A stretch of DNA of 45,218 bases from Candidatus Hodarchaeota archaeon (lineage in GTDB: Archaea > Asgardarchaeota > Heimdallarchaeia > Hodarchaeales > Hodarchaeaceae): assembly GCA_016839815.1 (NCBI GenBank), contig JAEOTM010000159.1, forward strand, positions 1-45,218, given 5' to 3'. The translations under genes were made by a program, and so were the position numbers. Positions 10,121 through 19,155 of the stretch are shown here, piece by piece; the first letter of the stretch is position 1; each line of letters starts with the position of its first letter. The notes beneath the pieces were generated by a model. It was not told the origin of the DNA. It did no database searches and saw nothing but the letters and a program-made list of their open reading frames with translations.

Positions 10121-12634
10121 ATGATGAAAATACTAATTAGAAAATTCAGCAAACATTTTGCTTCAATATTCTTATCTATCCTTTTAGTCTCTTCAATTTC
10201 AATTTTTACTGTTAATTCTCAAGGTGAAGTTGTAGATCTATGGAACCAATTAGATTCTAAAGGTAAGTTCATAAAACTGAAGATATCAAATGATAGTAGA
10301 CATTCTCAAATTCAAATTGATGGAAACAGTGATTTTCATTCTAAAGCTTTGGAAGAAGGATGGACTGGGGACGGAAGTGAGGAGGATCCTTATATCATAA
10401 GCAATTTCCTTTTTGATAACATCAAAGACCCGCCTTATCCTTATTCTGGAATCAAGATTTCAAATTGCGATATATACTTCCAGATCACAAATTGCACCTT
10501 CATTGGATCAGAAGAAGGGCAAAACGGAATATTTCTGGATAAAGTGTCCAATGGAGAAATTTCAAATAATCTAATTACCAATATGAGTCGCGTGGGGACA
10601 TATTTGGAGGGCGTTGGAATATATTTAGAGGATTCCCAAGATATTTTTATAAGTATGAATACAATCTCAAATAATGAATTTTATGGCATTTATATTAGTA
10701 ATTCTGAGAATATATCTATAATTGGAAATAACATTACAAACAATGATGCATGGACTAGGGAAGGAATCAAGCTTTTACATTCTCCAAATAATAGAATAAA
10801 TGATAACTTACTAATTAATAATTCCCTTGGAGTATATGGAGATAATCTAGAATCTTATAAGCAAACGCAACTAATCAACAATTCATTAAATGGAAAACCA
10901 ATAATCTACTGGCAGGATATATCTGGTGGAACCATTCCTCCTGAAGTAGGTCAAGTAATACTCGTAAATTGTAATTCATTAAATCTAACAAACCAAAATT
11001 TCAACACACCTAACAGTATAATGATCGTCTATAGTTCTAATCTCCTTATCCATAATAATACTGTTAATTACCCCAATGCTAAGAGTATTTGTCTAATAGA
11101 TTCAAATAATAATTCTCTTTACCAAAATTCATTCAATAATTGCTATTTTACTAATTCATCGCAAAATCGTATTTCTGAAAATAGTCTTTTGTGTGACGAG
11201 ATTTCTATTATAATTTCTGATAAATCAAACATGAATATTATTTCCAATAATATCATGAGTTCTTCTATTGCTGGTATTAAAATCGATCATTCGACTCAGA
11301 ACAAAATCATCCAGAATATTATTACTAGTGATTATGGTATTCTTCTATATTTTTCCACTGAAAATTTTATTACAGATAATGAACTAATTAAAGGTGGTAT
11401 TACTATTGAGGGAAATCAATATGAGCATTATAAACATTCTGAAATTGCAAATAATACTGTAAATGGAAAGTCAATACTTTATTGGCAAGATAAAAATGGA
11501 ATGATTGTACCGACGAGTGCTGGTCAAATCATTCTATTGAATTGTAACGATATTAAAATAATTAATCAAGATTTGTCAAACGTTTCAAGAGGAATTTTAA
11601 TTGCATTCAGCACCAATATCCTGATAAGTGGAAATAGCATATGGAACGAAAATTTGATTGGGATTTATATCTACGGTTCTCAAAACTGTAATATTTCAAA
11701 TAATTTAATTTTTAATAATAAACGGCATGGTATACTTATTTTAGGGAGTGAAAATCTAGGCATCCACAATAATAACATATCTTCTAACTACTTAGAAGGA
11801 ATATTAATAGAAAATTCTAATGATATAAACATCTCTTACAATTTCATCTCTACTAATGGAAACTTAGGAATATATTTCTATAGTGTTAAAGATGGAATAA
11901 TTTTTAACAATACTTTGCTCAGTAATAGAGGAGCAGGAGTTTATCTTGACAATTCTAAGGACTTTATTATTTCTTGGAATACCTTCTTTGAAAATAACAT
12001 GAATCCAAGGCATAGACCATTTTGGGATACCCAAGCTGTTGAAGAAATTAGCTCCGACACGAAAGAAAATATCTTTGTGTTCAATTATTGGAGTGACTGG
12101 ATCAGTCCTGATATTAATAGCGATGGTTTTATTGATGAACCATATACCTTATTTTTAAACAATCAAGATCCCTATCCATTAACGAAGCCTGTCTATGAAA
12201 ATCTCCCTCAAAGTCATTTGTTACATAATCCAAAAATCATATTTCCTAATGGAGGAGAAACAATCAGTGGTTCCATTGTGATTATCTGGATGGCAGCATT
12301 AGATTCACATATGCATCAAGTTACATACGAATTACTTGTTTCTTCTAATGATGACTGGTTATTACTAGCTTCTAACTTAACCTCCAATACTTTGGTCTGG
12401 AATAGTAGTACAATACCTTCTGGAAGTAATTATGTAATTAAGGTAATAGCTCACTGTAGTGATGGTATAACTTCGGAAGATGTCTCTGATGGGTCATTCA
12501 GGATTATTGGTGGTGATAACCCGACATCTACAAAGTCTCCGCATGGATTTAATGCAATTATGATTGTAGCAGCTCTCACAGTCGTAGTATATCGTATAAG
12601 AAAACGAAAAAGGTTCTTACTTAAAAGAAACTAA
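10121..12634 (+). CDS. Secreted NosD/right-handed parallel beta-helix protein with C-terminal Ig/FN3-like domain and PHGF anchor
   Basis: GDGSEEDPYII cap; many GIxLxxSxxxxIxxNxIxxN repeats; NYWSDW..PD..DG..DEPY; FPNGGETISG domain. Confidence 0.9.
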   Translation: MMKILIRKFSKHFASIFLSILLVSSISIFTVNSQGEVVDLWNQLDSKGKFIKLKISNDSRHSQIQIDGNSDFHSKALEEGWTGDGSEEDPYIISNFLFDNIKDPPYPYSGIKISNCDIYFQITNCTFIGSEEGQNGIFLDKVSNGEISNNLITNMSRVGTYLEGVGIYLEDSQDIFISMNTISNNEFYGIYISNSENISIIGNNITNNDAWTREGIKLLHSPNNRINDNLLINNSLGVYGDNLESYKQTQLINNSLNGKPIIYWQDISGGTIPPEVGQVILVNCNSLNLTNQNFNTPNSIMIVYSSNLLIHNNTVNYPNAKSICLIDSNNNSLYQNSFNNCYFTNSSQNRISENSLLCDEISIIISDKSNMNIISNNIMSSSIAGIKIDHSTQNKIIQNIITSDYGILLYFSTENFITDNELIKGGITIEGNQYEHYKHSEIANNTVNGKSILYWQDKNGMIVPTSAGQIILLNCNDIKIINQDLSNVSRGILIAFSTNILISGNSIWNENLIGIYIYGSQNCNISNNLIFNNKRHGILILGSENLGIHNNNISSNYLEGILIENSNDINISYNFISTNGNLGIYFYSVKDGIIFNNTLLSNRGAGVYLDNSKDFIISWNTFFENNMNPRHRPFWDTQAVEEISSDTKENIFVFNYWSDWISPDINSDGFIDEPYTLFLNNQDPYPLTKPVYENLPQSHLLHNPKIIFPNGGETISGSIVIIWMAALDSHMHQVTYELLVSSNDDWLLLASNLTSNTLVWNSSTIPSGSNYVIKVIAHCSDGITSEDVSDGSFRIIGGDNPTSTKSPHGFNAIMIVAALTVVVYRIRKRKRFLLKRN

Positions 12635-12675
12635 TCTATCTTTGATCTAAGCGAATTAAAGGAATTGAAATTTAT

Positions 12676-14073
12676 TTGGGGAAATATATTAGAAAAATCT
12701 CTCTTCTATTTCTTCTCATAACAATCAATTTCCATTTCTTGAAGGTCGGATCAAATATAAACTCGACCTCTAGCGATTACGAAGGATTAAATCGTACAAA
12801 TCTGACAATCGATATTGCGAAAGTATCTTTCACAATTTTAGAGGAAAGTCGTTATCGGTGCACGTTTAAATTGATAGTATCTGGTAATGAATATACCTCC
12901 CATGGAGAAGCACAAGGTAATTTTAGTTTTCCAACTAATTCTATCAACATGACTTATTTAGATTTCCAGGAAACAGAGATTATTCCTTCGCTAACGTACA
13001 ACAACAATCGAACGTATTGTTATTTTCAGAGTGATTTGATACTACCTGTTGGAGTATCAGAACAATTAAGCGGTAGTTTTGTTGGAAAATGTTATTCTAA
13101 TACTTCAGTTCTATACACATACCATCTAGGAATTGATTGGGGAAGAACTGTTGGAAATCAACTTACTAGTATTGTTTTAGACGGCAGTAAAATGGATCTG
13201 GTTGACTTTAGTGTACCTGAAGGTCAAGAACCACGAACACCTTATACTGAAGGTAATATAGTAATATATAACTGGGAGGATTGGGTGTGTCTTGGATTTA
13301 ACGGCACTTTTATTGTATATAACAAAGTTTCTAACCCAAATCTGTTAAAAATAAGCAAAAATGATTGGAATGTAAGTTTTGATCAGAATGTTATACTTAA
13401 AATACAAAATATTGGCTTGTTTGATGTCGATATAAAGATAAGCACACCAACTTGGATAGATTGTAATGCAACCGAATTTCAACTTGATATTGATGAAACT
13501 CGTACAATTCTATTTACAATTAATTCCAAAGCGACTTTTGGTTTAGTTGATACGATACTTATAATTATCTTAGGTTCCCATTATATATATCCAATCGATG
13601 CTATTGAGATCGAAGTCACTACTGGCAGTGATAAGAACCAAATTGGGGGCCTCCTCTTACTTCTTTTTTCGATTTCTATCATTTTTATTATGATTCCAGC
13701 AATTCTTTATTACCAGAGACCAAAAATCTATCAAATTATAAATCAAATCAAAAAGCAAGTGCCGAGTCAGCATATTGGGGAAAATAAATCAATAATTTCA
13801 GAGATATCTGATGATAAATTTAGTAAAAGTCGTGAGGTAACTTGGGAATCCATACAGCATCGCTGGGAGCCTATTCTTCCCAGTAATGAACTGAAAGTCC
13901 TCAAAATTCTCAATAATTACGGTAGTATGAACCAACAAAGATTGGCGAATCATCTAGGAGTTTCAAAAGTTACAATGTCTAGGTTGATATCACGACTTGA
14001 ATCAAAACGTCTAATTTATCGTGAACGGTTGGGAATGAGTAACATTATTAATCTCAATGAAGAAGTTTTGTGA
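12676..14073 (+). CDS. Single-pass membrane protein with extracellular domain and C-terminal winged HTH (COG2512-like)
   Basis: Signal peptide, about 300-aa ectodomain, TM GGLLLLLFSISIIFIMIPAILYY, then ELKVLKIL...QQRLANHLGVSKVTMSRLISRLESKRLIYRERLGMSN. Confidence 0.85.
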   Translation: MGKYIRKISLLFLLITINFHFLKVGSNINSTSSDYEGLNRTNLTIDIAKVSFTILEESRYRCTFKLIVSGNEYTSHGEAQGNFSFPTNSINMTYLDFQETEIIPSLTYNNNRTYCYFQSDLILPVGVSEQLSGSFVGKCYSNTSVLYTYHLGIDWGRTVGNQLTSIVLDGSKMDLVDFSVPEGQEPRTPYTEGNIVIYNWEDWVCLGFNGTFIVYNKVSNPNLLKISKNDWNVSFDQNVILKIQNIGLFDVDIKISTPTWIDCNATEFQLDIDETRTILFTINSKATFGLVDTILIIILGSHYIYPIDAIEIEVTTGSDKNQIGGLLLLLFSISIIFIMIPAILYYQRPKIYQIINQIKKQVPSQHIGENKSIISEISDDKFSKSREVTWESIQHRWEPILPSNELKVLKILNNYGSMNQQRLANHLGVSKVTMSRLISRLESKRLIYRERLGMSNIINLNEEVL

Positions 14074-14206
14074 AGAGATGGAGATAAGAACGACCTGTAG
14101 AAGGGGTCGAAACCAATCATGAGCTACATTGCTTGTGCGCTTAATATTGATTTGAAAATCAGGAAAAGACGGATAAATCCTCTGTGTTTAGAATAACTTC
14201 AAAATC

Positions 14207-14254
14207 TTCTTGATGAATATAAATCATTATAAATGCTGAATCTTCCTTCTTATT
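14207..14254 (+). repeat. Direct repeat, right copy (pairs with 7452-7499)
   Basis: Identical 23-bp core at 14212-14234. Confidence 0.85.
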
Positions 14255-14324
14255 AAGAATTCTTCAATAAGCAAAATATTTTATGGCTCCTAGAATTTAC
14301 ATAATTTACAGGTGAAAACTACCA

Positions 14325-15149
14325 TTGCCTTTAGGTTTCAGAAAGAAGAAAAAAAAGAAAAAAGACTTACCTACACCCCCTGATTTATCTCGTAAAGTAG
14401 ATAAGAGCTTTCAAAAGGTACTGGGAGAACTTTATGAAACAGTACCAACAAAAAGTTCAGGAATGTCAGGTCCACCGAAAACACCGAAAAAAGTACATCG
14501 ACCGTCTCTTCCAGAACTCCCAGGAGCCCCCAACGAATTTTCACCTCCTCCTTTTGACCAATCTCCCCCCTCAGTGCTTCCTCCTCCTCCATTTCAAGAT
14601 TCCAGAAGACCTTCTAACCAATCAGCAGAATCTGAGGAACCACCCTCACAAATTTTTGGAAATGAAGCAATAACCGACGAAATCCAAGCTGAACTACGTA
14701 GTCGAAGCTTCGGTTCTAGTATCCTTGAAAAAGCTCCTACTACACCCCCTGCACCACGAAAGACAACAGAAGATCTCACACGAATCCATTTTCAAGAATC
14801 CAGACGAGATTACATAGAAGCAGGAAATAAGAATCTTGAGTTGAACTTTCTTGAATATGCAGCAACTAATTATTCCTGTGCCATTCTCTGCGACCTTATT
14901 TCCGTTGGAGTTGACAAAGCGAAGCAAACTTTTTCACAATTAAGCTCGGGAAAACCTTCTGGAGTAGTGGATAATGTAATATTTGAAAATGTTAGATTAT
15001 TAGTTGAAGCTACTCGCTCGAAGAATTTTACTTTCTTAACAAGAGCAGAAAAAGTGATCAGAGCAAATCTCACACAGCTCTACCCCGAAGATGTAGCCAT
15101 AATTGAAAGGGGAATAAAGAGTGCTAAAGCGTATTTCGGACTAGAGTAG
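14325..15149 (+). CDS. Polybasic, proline-rich protein with C-terminal alpha-SNAP-like helical domain
   Basis: TTG start after GGTGA; RKKKKKKK, about 130 aa Pro-rich region, then LNFLEYAATNYSCAILCDL...LTQLYPEDVAIIER resembling the alpha-SNAP C-terminus (from memory of the family). Confidence 0.6.
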   Translation: MPLGFRKKKKKKKDLPTPPDLSRKVDKSFQKVLGELYETVPTKSSGMSGPPKTPKKVHRPSLPELPGAPNEFSPPPFDQSPPSVLPPPPFQDSRRPSNQSAESEEPPSQIFGNEAITDEIQAELRSRSFGSSILEKAPTTPPAPRKTTEDLTRIHFQESRRDYIEAGNKNLELNFLEYAATNYSCAILCDLISVGVDKAKQTFSQLSSGKPSGVVDNVIFENVRLLVEATRSKNFTFLTRAEKVIRANLTQLYPEDVAIIERGIKSAKAYFGLE

Positions 15150-15165
15150 TCAATGGGGAACGGAT

Positions 15166-15537
15166 TCAGAAGTCAAGTTTACTTCCACAATCATGACAAA
15201 AAATCGTATCACCAGAGATTAATGCTCCACAAGTAGAACATACATCATTAGATACTGTTGTTGAACGAATTCGAGTGGTATCAGAAGTAGGAGATCTACG
15301 TTGAGAGATACGCTTGGATAAGAAGCGGCCAGAGTTATTAATATTGCGTCTTCCCATTTGATCTGCATACAATTCTGTATAACCACAAGTAACACAAGTA
15401 AATGCGTGTAAGGTTGCGGTGGATAATCCTGGAAGATCAATTTTTGAATGACTTGCGTCAGCATGAACACGATGGGGACCAGCAATTCTCGTATTCTTAC
15501 ATTTTGGACAAGTTAACGAATTAATCATATTCCTCAC
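15166..15537 (-). CDS. Double zinc-ribbon protein
   Basis: CPKC...CVTCGYTELY plus C-terminal CSTC...FCHDCGSKL. Confidence 0.85.
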   Translation of the reverse strand: MRNMINSLTCPKCKNTRIAGPHRVHADASHSKIDLPGLSTATLHAFTCVTCGYTELYADQMGRRNINNSGRFLSKRISQRRSPTSDTTRIRSTTVSNDVCSTCGALISGDTIFCHDCGSKLDF

Positions 15538-15674
15538 TCAGGTATACTTGTACAGTGGGGGGATTAAAAGTTTCAGCTTAGTAGAAGACTTCTTAACGGT
15601 CATAGTAATAATACTGAAAATTTATAGGACAGAAAAAAAGAATACTTTGGTAGAAAAAAGAAAAGAGGGAAAGG

Positions 15675-16727
15675 TTAGTAACCAGCCATAGTTAGGGCCA
15701 TAATGGCTTTTTGAACATGTAAACGATTTTCAGCCACGTCGTAAATACACGAACGAGGGCCAGATGCGACTTCATCCGAAACTTCATGACCTCGATCAAT
15801 TGGCATTGGATGAGTATATATCCCATTATTGCTTAATGCCATTTTCTTACTATCACAGATCCATTCAGGATATTTTAAGGCTTTTTCAACCTCTTTTTGT
15901 TTCAAAAATTCCCCATCATGATAAGCATCTGGAGACATCCAATGACGAGAATAGACTACGTGAGCTCCTTTATATCCATTTGTAACATGATTAGTTGTTT
16001 CAAATTGTGCCTCACTCTTATTACAATTTTGTTCGGTCCACTTAAGAACTTCTGGATCAAGATCAAATCCTTCAGGATTCGCAACAGTAACATCCATGCC
16101 ATAACGTGATCCGATAAGCATTGCTTCCTGCACAGAACACCAAGATCGTGCAAGTGCTCCATGTCCCCATGTAACCAACAACTTCTTCCCTTTTAGCTTC
16201 TTCCAGTCGGGAGGATACTGAGGTCCCCGGTGAAGCCATTCAGACCAACCCATAACATCAGCCAATCCTTGGCATGGATGATATTTATCATGGGCCATTG
16301 AGATAATAGGAATAGAGGACCATTTCGCATATTCTCGAAGTAATTTTTCCCCTTCTCCATATGCTCCTACTTTATCCTCAAGAATTCGAATCCCTAATCC
16401 ATGAGCATATCTTGACATTACTTGAGCTGCATCTTCAACTGTTTCTCCAGCCGTTTTTTCCGTTTTTAGACGCATGGCCTTAGGTTCCAAAAATTGGGCA
16501 TGCCCACCAAGTTCTGTAGCTGCAACCTCAAAACTCTGTCTTGTTCGAACACTTGGATTATAGAAAAACATGAAGAAAGTTTTATTTTCCAATAGGCTTG
16601 AATAGGAAAAACGATCCCGTTTCATTCTTCCTGCAAGATCTAATACGAGATCTAACTCATGTTTTGTCCAATCTTGTGTACATATCAAATGTTTTCCAAA
16701 TAAATCAGATTGTTCTATCTTCTTCAC
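15675..16727 (-). CDS. Carbamoyltransferase of the knotted AOTCase/YgeW group, divergent paralogue B
   Basis: FYNPSVRTRQSF, HPCQGLAD, LLVTW, HPMPIDRG, AENRLHVQKA. Confidence 0.88.
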   Translation of the reverse strand: MKKIEQSDLFGKHLICTQDWTKHELDLVLDLAGRMKRDRFSYSSLLENKTFFMFFYNPSVRTRQSFEVAATELGGHAQFLEPKAMRLKTEKTAGETVEDAAQVMSRYAHGLGIRILEDKVGAYGEGEKLLREYAKWSSIPIISMAHDKYHPCQGLADVMGWSEWLHRGPQYPPDWKKLKGKKLLVTWGHGALARSWCSVQEAMLIGSRYGMDVTVANPEGFDLDPEVLKWTEQNCNKSEAQFETTNHVTNGYKGAHVVYSRHWMSPDAYHDGEFLKQKEVEKALKYPEWICDSKKMALSNNGIYTHPMPIDRGHEVSDEVASGPRSCIYDVAENRLHVQKAIMALTMAGY

Positions 16728-16738
16728 CTTCTAAATAA

Positions 16739-17722
16739 TTATGGAGTTATAGTTGTTCCTGCTTTGCCCTCCAATGCTTCAGCAGCAAGATCTGGACTAG
16801 TTATAATAACTTTTTTTCCTCCGTCTTTTAAGAATCTCAGTGCTGCTTTTAATTTAGGGCCCATACTGCCTTTCAAGCTGGTTCCAAAAGTACCATCCTT
16901 TAGATAGCTCTCTACTTCACTTGACGTTATGGAATCAATGCCCTTAGCCTCTGGAGTATTAAAATTTAGATAAACTCTATCTGTATCTGTTAAAATTGCA
17001 AATATTTCGGCATTGACATCAACAGCTAATCTTTCACCAGCATAATCTTTGTCAATGACTGCTTCAACCCCTTGAACGATACCATCTTCATTCTTAACAA
17101 TGGGAATACCACCCCCACCACTTGCTACGACAATAAACCCTGCCTCAAGTAAAGTGTTTACTTGATCTTTCTCATAAATCTCGATAGGATTAGGGGATGG
17201 AACAACTCTTCGATATCCACGACCTGCATCTTCGATTATGGTAAAATCTGGGTGTTCAGATTGAATTGAGTCAGCTTGCTCCTTTGAATAGAATGGTCCG
17301 ACAGGTTTTGTTGGGTTCTGAAAAGCAGGATCATCTTTAGAGACAACAACTTGTGTTACTATTGTTGACACTTTTATTTTCTCTTCCGGATTAGTTCTAC
17401 TAGGAGGGCCTTCTAATAATAAATTGCCAAGAATATTTTGGATCATATACCCAATTTGTCCTTGAGTCATTGCTCCACAAACATCCATAGGTAACACAGG
17501 ACGATTAATAGGAGGATGACTTCCAGCTTCCATTTGAAGCATTATGTTACCTACTTGCGGACCGTTCCCATGAGTAATTACAACACGATATTTTGGAATT
17601 ACTTTCATGATCTGAATTGCAGTTTCAGTAATATTCTCGATTTGTTCTTCTACCGTTCCTCTTTGTTTCCCCTTAATCATGGCATTACCGCCAAGTGCGA
17701 TTACTACTAGTGGTTTGAGCAT
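16739..17722 (-). CDS. arcC: Carbamate kinase
   Basis: VIALGGNA, THGNGPQVG, DPAFQNPTKPVGPFY, GRGYRRVVPSP, SGGGGIP, EAVIDKD, GSMGPK. Confidence 0.96.
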   Translation of the reverse strand: MLKPLVVIALGGNAMIKGKQRGTVEEQIENITETAIQIMKVIPKYRVVITHGNGPQVGNIMLQMEAGSHPPINRPVLPMDVCGAMTQGQIGYMIQNILGNLLLEGPPSRTNPEEKIKVSTIVTQVVVSKDDPAFQNPTKPVGPFYSKEQADSIQSEHPDFTIIEDAGRGYRRVVPSPNPIEIYEKDQVNTLLEAGFIVVASGGGGIPIVKNEDGIVQGVEAVIDKDYAGERLAVDVNAEIFAILTDTDRVYLNFNTPEAKGIDSITSSEVESYLKDGTFGTSLKGSMGPKLKAALRFLKDGGKKVIITSPDLAAEALEGKAGTTITP

Positions 17723-17883
17723 AAGGTCACCCGTTTTTCGTAAAATGATGGTCTAATAAAGGCACAAATGATTCACACAAAAATTTGTTTCACTAAGGTT
17801 TGACTACTCTGACTAAAAAATATTACCACATTAACAATTCTTTAAGAACCAATCAAAATTAGGCTCTAAATGCGGTATTTCGA

Positions 17884-19122
17884 TTGTCAAATCTCCTTCT
17901 TACTAAAATTCAAAGGATCCTTCCATCTTCATTAAACAGGGAGATTTCTTTAATTTTGGTGATCAATATGGTATTTACAATACCTTGGGGTTTGATTCAA
18001 CCTTTCATTAGTCCTTATTTCTTCGAACTGACAAAAGAAGATTTTTTTTTGACAGGTTTACTTAATGGCCTCCCACTTCTCACCATGGTGGCTTCTGTTT
18101 TCATTTTCGGGTGGATTGTTGATAAAATTGGATCTAAGGTTGTGATGCTTTCAGGTTTTATAATCTTCATCACTCTCTTCATCACATTATTATTTATTAC
18201 TGATCCGCTTCTTTTCTTCCTTGATTACATTATCCTTTACAGTTTATTATCATGTTTCAATCCTGCTGTGTTAAAATATACCAGTTTAATTGAGAGTAAA
18301 ATGAATTTGTTTGGTGCACTTGCTGCATCAACATCTTTTGGGTACTTTCTTGGATCTTATGTTGGAGGAAATTTATTAGATGCGTTTGGCATGGAACTAT
18401 TGTATTTTCTTGGACTAGTGATCTGTATCATAGGATTCTTTCTGGTTATGTTCATAAAGGAGGTAGAAAATGGCGATTCTACCCCTCTTTCGAATCCATC
18501 AAGTCAGAACAATAAAAATTCTCATTCAATTATCTCAATTCTAGTCAATTCAAGAGTTTTACAAATTTTATTCATAATCAGCCTGATTCAATCACTACAA
18601 GGTTCATTTGGTGGAATGCTTTTTTCTGTTTATTTTATATCAGAACTCGGTGCTAAAGCTTCCTTATTAGGACTAGTATTTGGAATTGCGACGTTATTAG
18701 GTACAGGAACCTCATATATCGCTGGTATTATTGGTGAAAAAAGAGGGTATAAACCGATATTACTTAGTTGCTTTATTGGGTACTTCCTTATATGGGTTAC
18801 TATCTTTTTTTCAGTTGATGACTATAACCTTCCCGCGTTAGCTTATACTTTACCGATTTACATTGGTTTAATGGTTACAGGGCCAGTTTTGATATCAGAT
18901 AATGTACCAGAAAAGAAAAGGGGAACGTTTATGGGAATATTCAGTAGTAGTCAAAATCTAGGCTTTGGTATTGGAACTATTCTAGGAGGAGCATTTTCAA
19001 GTATTAATCAGACCATTAGGTATAATTTCGGGATTTCTGCAATAATCTCTGTATTTCTTATTATATTCGTATTAGTTGCATTTAAAGAAGACAAAAATAG
19101 TGACTCCTCTCTCCCTTCATGA
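17884..19122 (+). CDS. MFS transporter
   Basis: About 12 TMs; GWIVDKIGSK and GIIGEKRGYK (motif A), PEKKRGTFMG. Confidence 0.9.
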   Translation: MSNLLLTKIQRILPSSLNREISLILVINMVFTIPWGLIQPFISPYFFELTKEDFFLTGLLNGLPLLTMVASVFIFGWIVDKIGSKVVMLSGFIIFITLFITLLFITDPLLFFLDYIILYSLLSCFNPAVLKYTSLIESKMNLFGALAASTSFGYFLGSYVGGNLLDAFGMELLYFLGLVICIIGFFLVMFIKEVENGDSTPLSNPSSQNNKNSHSIISILVNSRVLQILFIISLIQSLQGSFGGMLFSVYFISELGAKASLLGLVFGIATLLGTGTSYIAGIIGEKRGYKPILLSCFIGYFLIWVTIFFSVDDYNLPALAYTLPIYIGLMVTGPVLISDNVPEKKRGTFMGIFSSSQNLGFGIGTILGGAFSSINQTIRYNFGISAIISVFLIIFVLVAFKEDKNSDSSLPS

Positions 19123-19155
19123 GAAAAAATCTGAGAAAGTATGATTAAGCAAAAA

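Noticed and set aside
14680-14770. Possible WH2 actin-binding motif (EIQAELRSR...LEKA)
   Set aside because: Helix-to-LKKT spacing and sequence match are too weak to support
14371-15073. Several short ORFs overlapping the Pro-rich gene
   Set aside because: Shadows produced by low-complexity Pro codons
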